The notes below the pieces were generated by a model, which was not told the origin of the DNA, searched no databases, and worked only from the letters and a program-made list of their open reading frames with translations. Below, piece after piece: positions 40,265 to 50,892 of a stretch of DNA of 64,000 nucleotides (positions are counted from its first letter, which is position 1; every line of letters begins with the position of its first letter). The position numbers and the translations under genes were made by a program. Source of the stretch: an uncultured Pseudomonadales bacterium (GTDB lineage Bacteria; Pseudomonadota; Gammaproteobacteria; Pseudomonadales; JAUIET01); NCBI GenBank assembly GCA_964352475.1, contig CAYGSL010000004.1, positions 73,737 through 137,736 on the forward strand, given 5' to 3'.

Positions 40265-41137
40265 TTAGGCGACCAGGGCGGTTTTTACTTTCTTCATCGC
40301 ATTTTGTTCGAGCTGACGAATACGCTCAGCGGACACGCCGTACTCTTCGGCGAGTTCGTGCAATGTGGCTTTGCTATCAGCCAACCAGCGCTTACGTAAA
40401 ATATCGCTGCTGCGCTCATCCAATTCATTAATAGCTGAATAAAGCTTTTGCTGAGTGCTGGCTTCCCAATCTTCATCTTCCAGACGTTTGGCAGGGTCTG
40501 CGTTACTGTCTTCCAGATAATGAATCGGTGCGTATGCGTTCTCGTCATCAGCGTCAGTCGGCGCATCAAATGTCATATCGCTGGCAGCAAGCCGGCCTTC
40601 CATTTGTTGCACGTCTTTTAATTCAACGCCCAGGTCTTTTGCTACGGCTTTGGCTTCATCATGACTCAACCAGGCCAGCTTTTTCTTGTTGCTGCGCAAA
40701 TTGAAAAACAGTTTACGTTGCGCTTTGGTGGTCGCAATTTTAACGATTCGCCAGTTGCGAATCACGTACTCGTGAATCTCGGCTTTTATCCAATGCACCG
40801 CAAACGACACCAGCCGCACACCTTTCTCGGGATTGAAACGCTTAACTGCCTTCATCAGGCCCACATTGCCTTCCTGAATAAGATCGGCTTGCGCCAAGCC
40901 ATAACCGCTGTAGCTTTTTGCAATGTGCACCACAAAGCGCAGGTGAGAAATAACCAGTTCGCGAGCTGCTTCCAGATCTTCCTGGTAATAGTAGGCTTCA
41001 GCCAATTCCTGCTCACGCTCACGGCTTAAAACAGGTATTGAACCAATCGATTGAATGTACGCACCCAGATTGGCACCGGGCACCAACATTGGCGCAGGTA
41101 TCATGCTGTTTTGCGAGGTTTCCATCAGTTGTCCCAT
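40265..41137 (-). CDS. rpoH: RNA polymerase sigma-32 (heat-shock sigma factor)
   Basis: 290 aa with the RpoH box QRKLFFNLR, region 2 ([17 protein letters not shown]) and region 4 ([20 protein letters not shown]). Confidence 0.96.
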   Translation of the reverse strand: MGQLMETSQNSMIPAPMLVPGANLGAYIQSIGSIPVLSREREQELAEAYYYQEDLEAARELVISHLRFVVHIAKSYSGYGLAQADLIQEGNVGLMKAVKRFNPEKGVRLVSFAVHWIKAEIHEYVIRNWRIVKIATTKAQRKLFFNLRSNKKKLAWLSHDEAKAVAKDLGVELKDVQQMEGRLAASDMTFDAPTDADDENAYAPIHYLEDSNADPAKRLEDEDWEASTQQKLYSAINELDERSSDILRKRWLADSKATLHELAEEYGVSAERIRQLEQNAMKKVKTALVA

Positions 41138-41176
41138 CGGTGTATTCCTATGTGTTCTATTCTAGCACTCCTGACA

Positions 41177-41203
41177 TTAGAGTGCTAATTTGGAAAAAGT
41201 TCC
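41177..41203 (-). promoter_or_regulatory. Candidate sigmaE (RpoE/AlgU)-type promoter for rpoH: GGAACTT-N15-TCTAA
   Basis: On the minus strand, GGAACTT (41203-41197) is followed after 15 nt by TCTAA (41181-41177), about 40 nt upstream of the rpoH ATG. This matches the remembered consensus GGAACTT-N15/16-TCnAA and the known sigmaE control of rpoH in E. coli. Confidence 0.4.
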
Positions 41204-41305
41204 CTAAGCTCTTAATATTTAACGGATTAATCGCTATTTTGGGGCAAATAGCTGGATTTCAAGGGCATAATTCAAAGGAAGTGTTAATTGCTTAATAAAT
41301 AACCA

Positions 41306-42349
41306 TTATTCGGGCTCAACGCCTCTCAAATGCCGGTATACAGCCAGCCAGGCACCAACTACACCCAGCATGGAAGCAATGAGAATCAGCAAAATTACAT
41401 CCAGTATGCCAGGACCCAATAGCCCGAATTCACCACCGTAAGCCACGCTCAATGCCTGTAACGGTGGTTGAATCCAGTAGTAAACGGCGCTCAATATCAG
41501 CATGCAGCTCACGCCACCGCCAAGGCCGAACAAAAAGCCGTAGTAAATAAACGGCCGTTGCACATAGGCATTGGTACCGCCAGTGAGCTTAACGATGAGG
41601 ATCTCGGCACGCCGATTTTCAATATTCAGGCGTATTGTGTTGCCAATAATCAGCACAATGGCCACCGACAGCAATATCGACAACGCCCAGGCCAGTCGCT
41701 CCAGCAATTGCATCAATTGGTACAGGCGCTCCAGCCATTGCTGGTCAAGTTGCGCCTCGTCCACTAGCTCAAGCTCCGACAGCTCTTGCTGTAGAGCCTG
41801 GCTTTGGGCCGGCAATTGATCTGAGGTTGCCAGAATGACCGCTATAGAGGCAGGTATCGGGTTCTCATCAAATCCGTCGGTAATACCAACCATGCCAGAG
41901 CGCAGCTCGAATTCCTGCAAGGCCTGCTCGCTGGAAAGATACTCAGCCGATTGTATTGCCTCGCGCTTGCCAAGCTCAGCGGCCAGGGCTTTGCCCGCAT
42001 CAATCGATGTGCTTGGTGACAGGTACAGAGATATTTGCGCACTGCCCTGCCAGTCTTCCCGCAGACTCTCCGCATTGCTCAGTAACACATACAAGCCACT
42101 AGGCAACGACAAGGCAACGCCAACTAGCAGCCAGGTAAGCAGCGTGCTCACTGGCGTGGACCACAAGCGCCGCCAGCTTTCGGTAAACGTGAGCCAGTGG
42201 TGCAAATAGTACGATCGCAGCTGCTCGCGAAATCCGGTGCTGCTTTGGCTGGCACCTCGGCGCGCCGCATCAGCCAAGAGAGTCACCGTGTGTCTCGACT
42301 GGCTCACTGAACTGCGTGTCAGCAACCCGACTGACTTCCGTATTCTCAA
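41306..42349 (-). CDS. ftsX: Cell-division ABC transporter permease-like protein FtsX
   Basis: Four TM helices, a large periplasmic loop after TM1 and a conserved C-terminal FtsX domain. The maximal ORF starts at the TTG at 42349 and overlaps ftsE by 80 nt. The GTG at 42286 (17-nt overlap) is a more likely start. Confidence 0.88.
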   Translation of the reverse strand: MRIRKSVGLLTRSSVSQSRHTVTLLADAARRGASQSSTGFREQLRSYYLHHWLTFTESWRRLWSTPVSTLLTWLLVGVALSLPSGLYVLLSNAESLREDWQGSAQISLYLSPSTSIDAGKALAAELGKREAIQSAEYLSSEQALQEFELRSGMVGITDGFDENPIPASIAVILATSDQLPAQSQALQQELSELELVDEAQLDQQWLERLYQLMQLLERLAWALSILLSVAIVLIIGNTIRLNIENRRAEILIVKLTGGTNAYVQRPFIYYGFLFGLGGGVSCMLILSAVYYWIQPPLQALSVAYGGEFGLLGPGILDVILLILIASMLGVVGAWLAVYRHLRGVEPE

Positions 42350-42995
42350 ACAGACGGCCCTGCTGCAGGGTGACAGTTCGATGCTGCAACCTGGCGATTA
42401 ACGCTAGATCATGTGACGCAATCAGAGTGGTTACCCCCACCTGGCTGAATTGCTGAAAGATGTCCATCACGTCGGCCGAAAGCGCCGGGTCCAGGTTTCC
42501 TGTTGGCTCGTCTGCCAACAGAATTTTCGGGCGATTAACCACCGCCCTGGCGATGCCTACACGCTGTTGCTCACCACCAGACAAATTCTGTGGTGAATGC
42601 TTCATGGTGTTTTCAAGACCGACTTTGGCCAGAGCCGCTCTGACTCGACGCTCAATATCACGCCGCTCAAAGCCGGCAATTTCCAATGGTAAGGCCACGT
42701 TATCAAACACTGAACGATCCAGCAGCAACTGATGGTTCTGGAAAACCACGCCTATCTGGCGACGCAGATAAGGAATGCCACTGCGCGAAAACGTATTCAG
42801 GTTTTGCCCGGCGACAGACACTTCGCCTGAACTCGCCCGCTCCATTAACATAATCAGTTTCAACAAGGTGCTTTTACCTGCGCCGGAGCGCCCGGTAAGA
42901 AACACCATTTCTCCGCGATCAATTTCAACACTCACGTCGGCAAGGGCTTGATGCCCATTCGGGTATTGCTTGCTAACACGGTCGAAAACGATCAT
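42270..42995 (-). CDS. ftsE: Cell-division ATP-binding protein FtsE
   Basis: 241 aa with Walker A GRSGAGKST, the ABC signature LSGGEQQR and Walker B ILLADEP. Confidence 0.93.
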   Translation of the reverse strand: MIVFDRVSKQYPNGHQALADVSVEIDRGEMVFLTGRSGAGKSTLLKLIMLMERASSGEVSVAGQNLNTFSRSGIPYLRRQIGVVFQNHQLLLDRSVFDNVALPLEIAGFERRDIERRVRAALAKVGLENTMKHSPQNLSGGEQQRVGIARAVVNRPKILLADEPTGNLDPALSADVMDIFQQFSQVGVTTLIASHDLALIARLQHRTVTLQQGRLFENTEVSRVADTQFSEPVETHGDSLG

Positions 42996-43004
42996 CTATT
43001 TAAG

Positions 43005-44126
43005 TTAACTATCCAGGGAATGACCGGCAAACAATGCGGATACAAATTCATCGGCATGAAACACACGCAGGTCATCGGCTTGCTCACCAACACCAATATA
43101 ACGAATCGGTAGATCCAGCTGCTTGCCGATCGCAAAAATGATGCCGCCTTTGGCGGTACCGTCCAACTTGGTCAGCGTTAATCCGGTGACGCCCACGTCT
43201 TCCTGAAAATATTTAGCCTGACTGAGTGCGTTCTGGCCTGTACCTGCGTCGAGCACCAACATGACTTCGTGTGGCGCCTCAGGATCAATTTTTTTCAGCA
43301 CACGCACGACCTTTTTAAGTTCATCCATTAGCTGGCTTTTGTTATGCAAGCGACCCGCTGTATCAGCCAGTAACACGTCTATATTGCGCGCCTTGGCAGC
43401 TTCCAAAGCGTCAAACAATACGGATGCGCTGTCAGCGCCGGTGTGCTGGGCAACCACCGGCACGTCGTTTCGCTCCCCCCACACCTGCAGTTGTTCAACG
43501 GCTGCTGCCCGGAAAGTATCCCCTGCGGCCAGCATTACTGACTTGCCTTCGCTTTGAAACCGTTTGGCGAGTTTGCCTATGGTCGTGGTTTTACCAACAC
43601 CATTCACACCAACCATCAAAATAACGAAAGGCGACTTGCTGGCGTCAATTTCAAGCGGCGCTTCCTGCGACGTCAGCAAACCCCGTAATTCACTTTGCAA
43701 GGCTTCCAGCAGGGCATCGGGATCATCAACTTCTTTGCGGCGCACACTGCGGGTAAGGTTTTCGACGATCTCGGCGGTGGCTTCCATGCCAAGATCCGCG
43801 GTTATCAAAAGTGTTTCCAGCTCTTCCAGCAAGTCATCGTCAATTTCCTTTTTGCCAAGCAGCAGCTCGCCAACACCATCGGTGAATGTAGAGCCGGTTT
43901 TACGCAAGCCTCGCGACAGGCGTGCAAACAAACCTGGCTTGTCACCGCCGCCATCGTCACTTGCGGTGACTTCAAGCTCCGCAGCTGGCTCAGACTTCGC
44001 AACTGCCTGAGCCTCCGCTTCTTGAATCGCCGACTCTGTCTGCGCACTGGTTTGTGCGTCTGACTCTTCGCCGTCCTTAGATTTCTTGCTAAACCATCCC
44101 ATTGACACTGCCGATTTTGAATTCAT
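43005..44126 (-). CDS. ftsY: Signal recognition particle receptor FtsY
   Basis: An acidic N-terminal A domain, then an NG domain (GVNGVGKTTT, DTAGR, TKLD). An alternative start at M9 (MGWFSKKSK, 44102) is possible. Confidence 0.93.
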   Translation of the reverse strand: MNSKSAVSMGWFSKKSKDGEESDAQTSAQTESAIQEAEAQAVAKSEPAAELEVTASDDGGGDKPGLFARLSRGLRKTGSTFTDGVGELLLGKKEIDDDLLEELETLLITADLGMEATAEIVENLTRSVRRKEVDDPDALLEALQSELRGLLTSQEAPLEIDASKSPFVILMVGVNGVGKTTTIGKLAKRFQSEGKSVMLAAGDTFRAAAVEQLQVWGERNDVPVVAQHTGADSASVLFDALEAAKARNIDVLLADTAGRLHNKSQLMDELKKVVRVLKKIDPEAPHEVMLVLDAGTGQNALSQAKYFQEDVGVTGLTLTKLDGTAKGGIIFAIGKQLDLPIRYIGVGEQADDLRVFHADEFVSALFAGHSLDS

Positions 44127-44186
44127 GGAAGCGACTGTTTACACTGCTTAGCTTCCTAGCACACATCCCACCGAATAGTAGGCCGC

Positions 44187-45373
<1,187 letters not shown>

Positions 45374-45403
45374 GACCTGCCTTTTAGCGTTGGCACTTTC
45401 TCC

Positions 45404-46216
45404 TTAGCGTTGGCACTTGGGGCAATACACAGTAGCTCGCTGCCCCAGCCTTAGCCCTTTCATTGGCGTGCTACAAACGCTGCAGGCCTCGCCCTCACGG
45501 CCGTACGCTTGCAGCGACAAGCTAAAATAACCCGCGTCACCGGTGCCTCCAACAAAGTCTCTTAGCGTGGTGCCACCCTGATCTATCGCTTCCGCAAGTA
45601 CCGCCCGAATTGCCTGCTCAAGGCGCTCATAACGCGCCAATGACACTTTTCCAGCCGCTCGCTTGGGCGATATCCCTGCTCGAAACAAGGCCTCAGTCGC
45701 ATAGATGTTACCCACACCCACCACTACGTGGTTATCCATAATAAAATTCTTGATGGCAAGCGATCGCCCCCTGGAGCGGTCAAACAGGTATTTTGCACTT
45801 AAGTCTTCCGAGAGTGGCTCTGGACCCAGTTCATGCAGCAAAGTATGCGAACCGTGATCGGGCAGCCAGTGGATTGAGCCGAAGCGGCGCGGGTCGCGAA
45901 AGCGCATAAGCAGGCCATTATCAAAGGCCAGCTCAAAGTGGTCGTGCTTGCCAATCTCGGCACCCGGTTCCACCAGGCGCAAGCTACCTGACATGCCCAA
46001 ATGAATCATCAGCTGACCGGCTTCGAAGTCAAACAGCAGATATTTCGCTCTCCGGTCCAGCTGACGCAAAGTTAATCCACTCAGACGTTGTTCCAGGCCC
46101 GGTTCAACGGGCCAACGCATGCGCCGCTCGCGCACAATGGCGCTTTCAACGCGTGCGCCCACTACATGAGGTGCAAGTCCTCGGCGGGTGGTTTCAACTT
46201 CGGGCAGTTCAGGCAC
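45404..46216 (-). CDS. mutM: Formamidopyrimidine-DNA glycosylase
   Basis: 270 aa from a GTG start. N-terminal PELPEVE (catalytic Pro2/Glu3), an H2TH region, and a C-terminal zinc finger C-x2-C ... CPKCQR. Confidence 0.95.
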   Translation of the reverse strand: MPELPEVETTRRGLAPHVVGARVESAIVRERRMRWPVEPGLEQRLSGLTLRQLDRRAKYLLFDFEAGQLMIHLGMSGSLRLVEPGAEIGKHDHFELAFDNGLLMRFRDPRRFGSIHWLPDHGSHTLLHELGPEPLSEDLSAKYLFDRSRGRSLAIKNFIMDNHVVVGVGNIYATEALFRAGISPKRAAGKVSLARYERLEQAIRAVLAEAIDQGGTTLRDFVGGTGDAGYFSLSLQAYGREGEACSVCSTPMKGLRLGQRATVYCPKCQR

Positions 46217-46235
46217 TGTTTTGCTTGCTCCAGTT

Positions 46236-46264
46236 ACGCAAAACCCGGCGAAAGCCGGGTTTTG
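46236..46264 (-). terminator. Rho-independent terminator after rpmB-rpmG
   Basis: AAAACCCGGC-GAAA-GCCGGGTTTT (46240-46263). On the minus-strand RNA, a GC-rich 6-10 bp stem with a tetraloop is followed by UUUUG, about 25 nt after the rpmG stop. Confidence 0.7.
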
Positions 46265-46288
46265 GTCATGTGTTTGCTGGCTGAAAGG

Positions 46289-46444
46289 CTACTTGATTTT
46301 GCCTTCCTTATACATCACATGCTTGCGAACAACAGGATCGTATTTCTTGATTTCCATTTTTTCGGGCATGGTGCGCTTGTTTTTGTCCGTCGTGTAAAAA
46401 TGGCCAGTGCCAGCGGACGAAATCAGTCGTATTTTTTCTCTCAT
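46289..46444 (-). CDS. rpmG: 50S ribosomal protein L33
   Basis: Too short for the ORF track. Reverse translation from the ATG at 46444-46442 gives [51 protein letters not shown] (51 aa), with the stop at 46291-46289. Directly downstream of rpmB. Confidence 0.95.
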   Translation of the reverse strand: MREKIRLISSAGTGHFYTTDKNKRTMPEKMEIKKYDPVVRKHVMYKEGKIK

Positions 46445-46479
46445 GGTCTGTATACCTGGTTGAGTGTTAAGAGTGCAAC

Positions 46480-46716
46480 TTAAACGGCTTCGCCGCGGGC
46501 TCGCATATCGGTCAGCACTTTTTCAATTCCGTGCTTATCAATAATACGCATGCCTTTAGTGGATACACGCAGCTTAACAAAGCGTTTTTCTGACTCTACC
46601 CAAAAACGATGGGTATGAAGATTCGGCAGAAAACGGCGGCGCGTGCGATTTTTCGCATGCGATACGTTGTTACCTGTTTGCGGCTTTTTGCCGGTCACCT
46701 GGCATACTCTGGACAT
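46480..46716 (-). CDS. rpmB: 50S ribosomal protein L28
   Basis: 78 aa, reading [33 protein letters not shown]... Confidence 0.97.
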   Translation of the reverse strand: MSRVCQVTGKKPQTGNNVSHAKNRTRRRFLPNLHTHRFWVESEKRFVKLRVSTKGMRIIDKHGIEKVLTDMRARGEAV

Positions 46717-46838
46717 AATTCACCCCTAAAATCGAGCGCGACATTAAACCAGACTGCTGCCAGTAATACAATAGCATTTATGGCAGGTGACTCTGGCCAG
46801 AACCGGCTTATTTCACGCCTTTGCGAGGGCAGCACTGG

Positions 46839-48608
46839 CTAAGTCTGTTCAGTGGTACCTCGAATATCACCGTCACCGGCAAACATTTCTTCCAGCTCCT
46901 GAGCCGCTGTTTTAGCAAGGTCGCGCATTTTTTCTTCATTGTCGTGCAAATGCGCATGAGCGTGCAGGCGTTCCAGGTCATGCTGCCTGAATCTCTCAAC
47001 CAGGTTACGAGCTTCAACATCAGGCATACCGGTACCCAGCAACACCTCGCGGGTCATATCCACGGCTGACAAAAACGTTTCTCTGCGCACCAGATGCACC
47101 TGCTCGTCCATTAGCTGGTAGGCGTGTTTTCTGTTGCGCGCCCTGGCGTAGACCTTCAAGTTCGGAAAACTCTCCCGCACTACCTGAGCGATGCGAATCG
47201 ACGCTTCCGGGTCATCCACTGCCAGTACGAATATTTTGGCCTCAGCAGCGCCCGCTGCATGCAGCAACTCCAGCCTGGTGGCATCGCCGTAGTAAATTTC
47301 ATTGCCATACGCCCGAACAAAATCAACTTGGGTTTGGTCAATCTCCAGAGCCGTAAAGTGAATACCCCTGGCGCGTAGCACACGAGCGATAATCTGCCCG
47401 AAACGGCCAAAACCTGCAATTAGCACTGGTGGTGACTCATCAGGCATGGCATCGAAGGCTTGGTCCTGATCTTCATCGCGCTGAAAGCGTTCAAGCATCC
47501 ATAACAACAATGGTGTTGTCATCATGGACAGCGTCACAACCACAATAAAATGTTCAGCCACGCCCGACGGCAGCACCTGTTCCGCAACGGCGATTCCAAA
47601 AATCACAAAAGCGAACTCACCTCCCTGGGACAAAACAATACCCAATTGACGGGCGTCTGCATTGCTCAGCCCCTGCCACTTACCCAACGCAAACAACACG
47701 GTTGCTTTCACTCCAACCAAAACCAGTACTGCGATCAAAATGCTGGAAGGTTCATCGCCCATCAGCCCGATGTTCAATGACATACCAACAGCAATGAAAA
47801 ACAAGCCAAGCAATAAGCCTTTGAATGGCTCAATATCAGCTTCCAGCTGATGCCTGAATTCAGAATCTGCCAGCAATACTCCGGCAATAAAAGCACCCAG
47901 CGCCATTGATAAGCCTGCGTGTTCTAACAAGGTCGCCATGCCTAGAACAATGAATAGCGCCATGGCAGTGACAACTTCCCGCACTTTACTGTAAGCGACT
48001 ACTCGCATGGCTAGGCTAAGCAACATACGACCAAACACCAACAACACAACAAGTACACCTATCGGCGGCAATAATTCTTTTGCCGTAAACGGCGCATCAC
48101 TACCACCAGACGACAACAGCGGAATCAGCGCAAGTATGGGTATTACGGCTAAATCCTGAAACAGCAGATTTCCAAATGCAGTTCGACCCATGCGGGTATT
48201 CAACTCTTTTCGCTCGGCCAGTAATTGCAGCGCAAAAGCCGTAGAAGACAAAGCCAGCACAGATGCCAACAGCGCCGCATTTTTCAGCGAGTAGCCATCC
48301 AGCATCAGTAGTGCGGCCAGAACGGCGGCACTGAGCCCCATCTGTGCGCCACCAAAACCAAAGATGGATTTGCGCAGCGCCCACAACCTGGAAGGCCGCA
48401 GTTCAAGGCCAATGATGAATAGCAGTAATACTACGCCCAGTTCGGAGAAATGCAGAATGTCGTCGACGTCAGTAATCAGGCGCACACCCCATGGGCCTAT
48501 GACTACCCCGGCAGCGACGTAACCGAGAACGGCGCCCAAACCGAGTTTGCGAAACAAGGGTACGGCCAATACGGCAGCAGCGAGATAAATGAGTGCATTA
48601 CTCAGCAT
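46839..48608 (-). CDS. kefB: CPA2-family monovalent cation:proton antiporter / glutathione-regulated K+ efflux protein (KefB/KefC-like)
   Basis: 589 aa. About 12 TM helices, then a cytoplasmic RCK/TrkA-N Rossmann domain (VLIAGFGRFGQ). Confidence 0.85.
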   Translation of the reverse strand: MLSNALIYLAAAVLAVPLFRKLGLGAVLGYVAAGVVIGPWGVRLITDVDDILHFSELGVVLLLFIIGLELRPSRLWALRKSIFGFGGAQMGLSAAVLAALLMLDGYSLKNAALLASVLALSSTAFALQLLAERKELNTRMGRTAFGNLLFQDLAVIPILALIPLLSSGGSDAPFTAKELLPPIGVLVVLLVFGRMLLSLAMRVVAYSKVREVVTAMALFIVLGMATLLEHAGLSMALGAFIAGVLLADSEFRHQLEADIEPFKGLLLGLFFIAVGMSLNIGLMGDEPSSILIAVLVLVGVKATVLFALGKWQGLSNADARQLGIVLSQGGEFAFVIFGIAVAEQVLPSGVAEHFIVVVTLSMMTTPLLLWMLERFQRDEDQDQAFDAMPDESPPVLIAGFGRFGQIIARVLRARGIHFTALEIDQTQVDFVRAYGNEIYYGDATRLELLHAAGAAEAKIFVLAVDDPEASIRIAQVVRESFPNLKVYARARNRKHAYQLMDEQVHLVRRETFLSAVDMTREVLLGTGMPDVEARNLVERFRQHDLERLHAHAHLHDNEEKMRDLAKTAAQELEEMFAGDGDIRGTTEQT

Positions 48609-48864
48609 TGCCGTCTAGACCTCAGAACCCGGCTGTGCAGTGCCAATTGCGAAAAGCAGGGACCGGAATTGCCCGAGAACACCCCGTACAAGAAGGTTGT
48701 ATTGCTTCGTGCGAAGGTCATCAAGACTGGTCATTTGCTTTACCGCATTGGAGTGAGTACCGGCAGTATACAGACAGCACCACGGCATTTTGTTGCCAAC
48801 GGAGCATCAGCATTCGCACATAGACAATTGCTATTGCGCCACTCTCACTAATTGCTGGCGCTGA

Positions 48865-49539
48865 TCACAACCACCCATTCTCAGCAAAAGACACCGAACG
48901 CCCGCTGCCAACCACCAGATGGTCCAGCACTCTCACGTCAATAAGAGCCAAGGCTTTCTGCAATCGCTCGGTAATGCGATGATCCGCCTGACTGGGCTCT
49001 GCCACGCCACTTGGGTGGTTGTGCGCGAAAATTACGGATGCAGCGTTGTAGTGCAGCACTTTTCTCACCACCTCGCGCGGATACACTGCAGCACCATCTA
49101 TCGTGCCCTGAAATAATTCATCAAAAGCCAACATTCTGTTTTGCGCGTCCAGAAACAAACCGCAGAATACTTCGCTATGCCGCCCTGCCAGCTGCAGCTG
49201 AAGAAAATCGCGGGTGGCTTTTGGCGAACCCAGTACCGGGCGTTGCTGTAACTCACTACTGAGGTATCGGCGGGCCATTTCCATAATGGCCAGCAATTGC
49301 GCGGCTTTGGCCGGACCAAGGCCGGAAACACCGGTTAATTGTTTGGCGTCGTATTCAAACAGGCTGCGCAAGCCGCCGCTGTCGGCCAGAATGCTTCTGG
49401 CAACGTCTACTGCAGACTTGCCCCGGGTGCCAGTGCGCACGAATATGGCCAGTAACTCTGCGTCACTGAGTGTGCTACAACCATGATTTAACAGCTTTTC
49501 GCGCGGCCGCTCAGCCACATGCCAATCGAGAATGCTCAT
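48865..49539 (-). CDS. radC: RadC-family JAB/MPN domain protein (YicR, UPF0758)
   Basis: 224 aa with an N-terminal HhH region and a C-terminal JAMM-like HNHPSG motif. Confidence 0.9.
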   Translation of the reverse strand: MSILDWHVAERPREKLLNHGCSTLSDAELLAIFVRTGTRGKSAVDVARSILADSGGLRSLFEYDAKQLTGVSGLGPAKAAQLLAIMEMARRYLSSELQQRPVLGSPKATRDFLQLQLAGRHSEVFCGLFLDAQNRMLAFDELFQGTIDGAAVYPREVVRKVLHYNAASVIFAHNHPSGVAEPSQADHRITERLQKALALIDVRVLDHLVVGSGRSVSFAENGWL

Positions 49540-49626
49540 CAGACCTCCTTGTCTTTAAGCGCGTGATATACCTTTATTTAAGCTTGATGTATCGTACCAC
49601 TTCACTCGCGCGACTATCCTTAGGCA

Positions 49627-50826
49627 ATGTACGAATTAAGCAACAGAAATGTCTTACTTGGCGTAACCGGCGGAATTGCCGCCTATAAAGCCGCCGAACT
49701 GGTGCGGCGTTTGCAAGACCAGAACGCCATTGTTCGAGTGGTAATGACGCCGGCAGCCACTGAATTTATCACCCCACTGACCATGCAGGCATTGTCGGGC
49801 GAGCCAGTTCATCTGGATTTGCTTAACCCCGAAGCCGAAGCCGCCATGGGGCATATCGAGTTGGCTCGCTGGGCAGACGCACTACTAGTTGCGCCAGCAA
49901 GTGCCGATTTTATTGCTCGCGTAGTGCATGGCCATGCGGATGACCTGCTAAGCACCCTATACCTGGCCTGTACCGCGCCCAAGTTCATTGCACCCGCCAT
50001 GAACCAGGGCATGTGGGCGCAATCCAGTACGCAGAATAACGTTGAAGCCTTGCGCCAAAATGGCATCACGCTACTTGGGCCAGACAGTGGCTTGCAAGCC
50101 TGTGGTGACGTTGGCGCTGGACGCCTGCTGGACATTGATCAAATAGTGACCCAGGTATCGTCACACTTCAGTACCGGTGCATTGGCCGGCCTAAATGTAG
50201 TCGTTACTGCTGGCCCAACCCAGGAGGCCATAGATCCTGTACGTTTTCTAAGCAATCACAGCTCGGGGAAAATGGGCTTCGCTTTGGCCAGAGCAGCCAG
50301 CGAAGCCGGTGCGAATGTTATTCTTGTCGCCGGGCCGGTAAGCCTGGACTGCTCAGAAAACGTTCAGCGCGTAAACGTAAAAAGTGCGAAAGAAATGTTG
50401 ACTGCTACACTTGAACACATGGCCGGGTGCGATATTTTTATCGCCACAGCCGCGGTTGCCGACTACACACCGTTGAATGTTGCCAACAACAAGATCAAGA
50501 AAAATTCGACTGAGATGGAACTCAAACTGACTCGCACAGAAGATATTCTGGCGACGGTCAGCGCACTCTCACCTCGGCCGTTTTGTGTGGGCTTTGCGGC
50601 TGAAACCGACCAGTTAATCAGCTATGCGAAAGGTAAGCTGGAAAGGAAGAACCTCGATTTGATTGTTGCTAATGATGTATCGAAAACGGAGATTGGCTTT
50701 CAGAGTGACCAGAATAAGGTGACTTTAGTGAGCAAAGAGCAGGAACTTGATTTGCCGCAGATGAGCAAACTCAGTCTGGCTGCCGCGTTAGTTGAAGAAA
50801 TCGGTCAACGATATAAAAACAGTTAA
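49627..50826 (+). CDS. coaBC: Bifunctional phosphopantothenoylcysteine decarboxylase / phosphopantothenate-cysteine ligase
   Basis: 399 aa with an N-terminal flavoprotein domain (LLGVTGGIAAYK, PAMN) and a C-terminal CoaB domain (ITNHSSGKMG-like, AAVADY). Confidence 0.95.
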   Translation: MYELSNRNVLLGVTGGIAAYKAAELVRRLQDQNAIVRVVMTPAATEFITPLTMQALSGEPVHLDLLNPEAEAAMGHIELARWADALLVAPASADFIARVVHGHADDLLSTLYLACTAPKFIAPAMNQGMWAQSSTQNNVEALRQNGITLLGPDSGLQACGDVGAGRLLDIDQIVTQVSSHFSTGALAGLNVVVTAGPTQEAIDPVRFLSNHSSGKMGFALARAASEAGANVILVAGPVSLDCSENVQRVNVKSAKEMLTATLEHMAGCDIFIATAAVADYTPLNVANNKIKKNSTEMELKLTRTEDILATVSALSPRPFCVGFAAETDQLISYAKGKLERKNLDLIVANDVSKTEIGFQSDQNKVTLVSKEQELDLPQMSKLSLAAALVEEIGQRYKNS

Positions 50827-50892
50827 CGCAGCTGGTTCGTACAGACGCTGTTCGAACCAGATGAACGAAGATGCAAGTGGGGCTAAATCACA

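Noticed and set aside
48609-48864. An unusually long (256 nt) non-coding gap between radC and kefB, considered as a possible sRNA or riboswitch.
   Set aside because: I found only short (5-6 bp) inverted repeats, no terminator-like hairpin with a U-tract, and no motif I recognise. The 76-aa ORF at 48593..48823 looks spurious. It most likely holds the kefB promoter and leader. It is worth an Rfam scan, but I have nothing to report from reading it.
50827-50892. Absence of dut between coaBC and algC, and of yicC between rph and gmk (58168..58310), relative to the E. coli and Pseudomonas gene order.
   Set aside because: The gaps (66 and 143 nt) are too short to hide genes. This is simple synteny variation, and the genes are presumably elsewhere in the genome.
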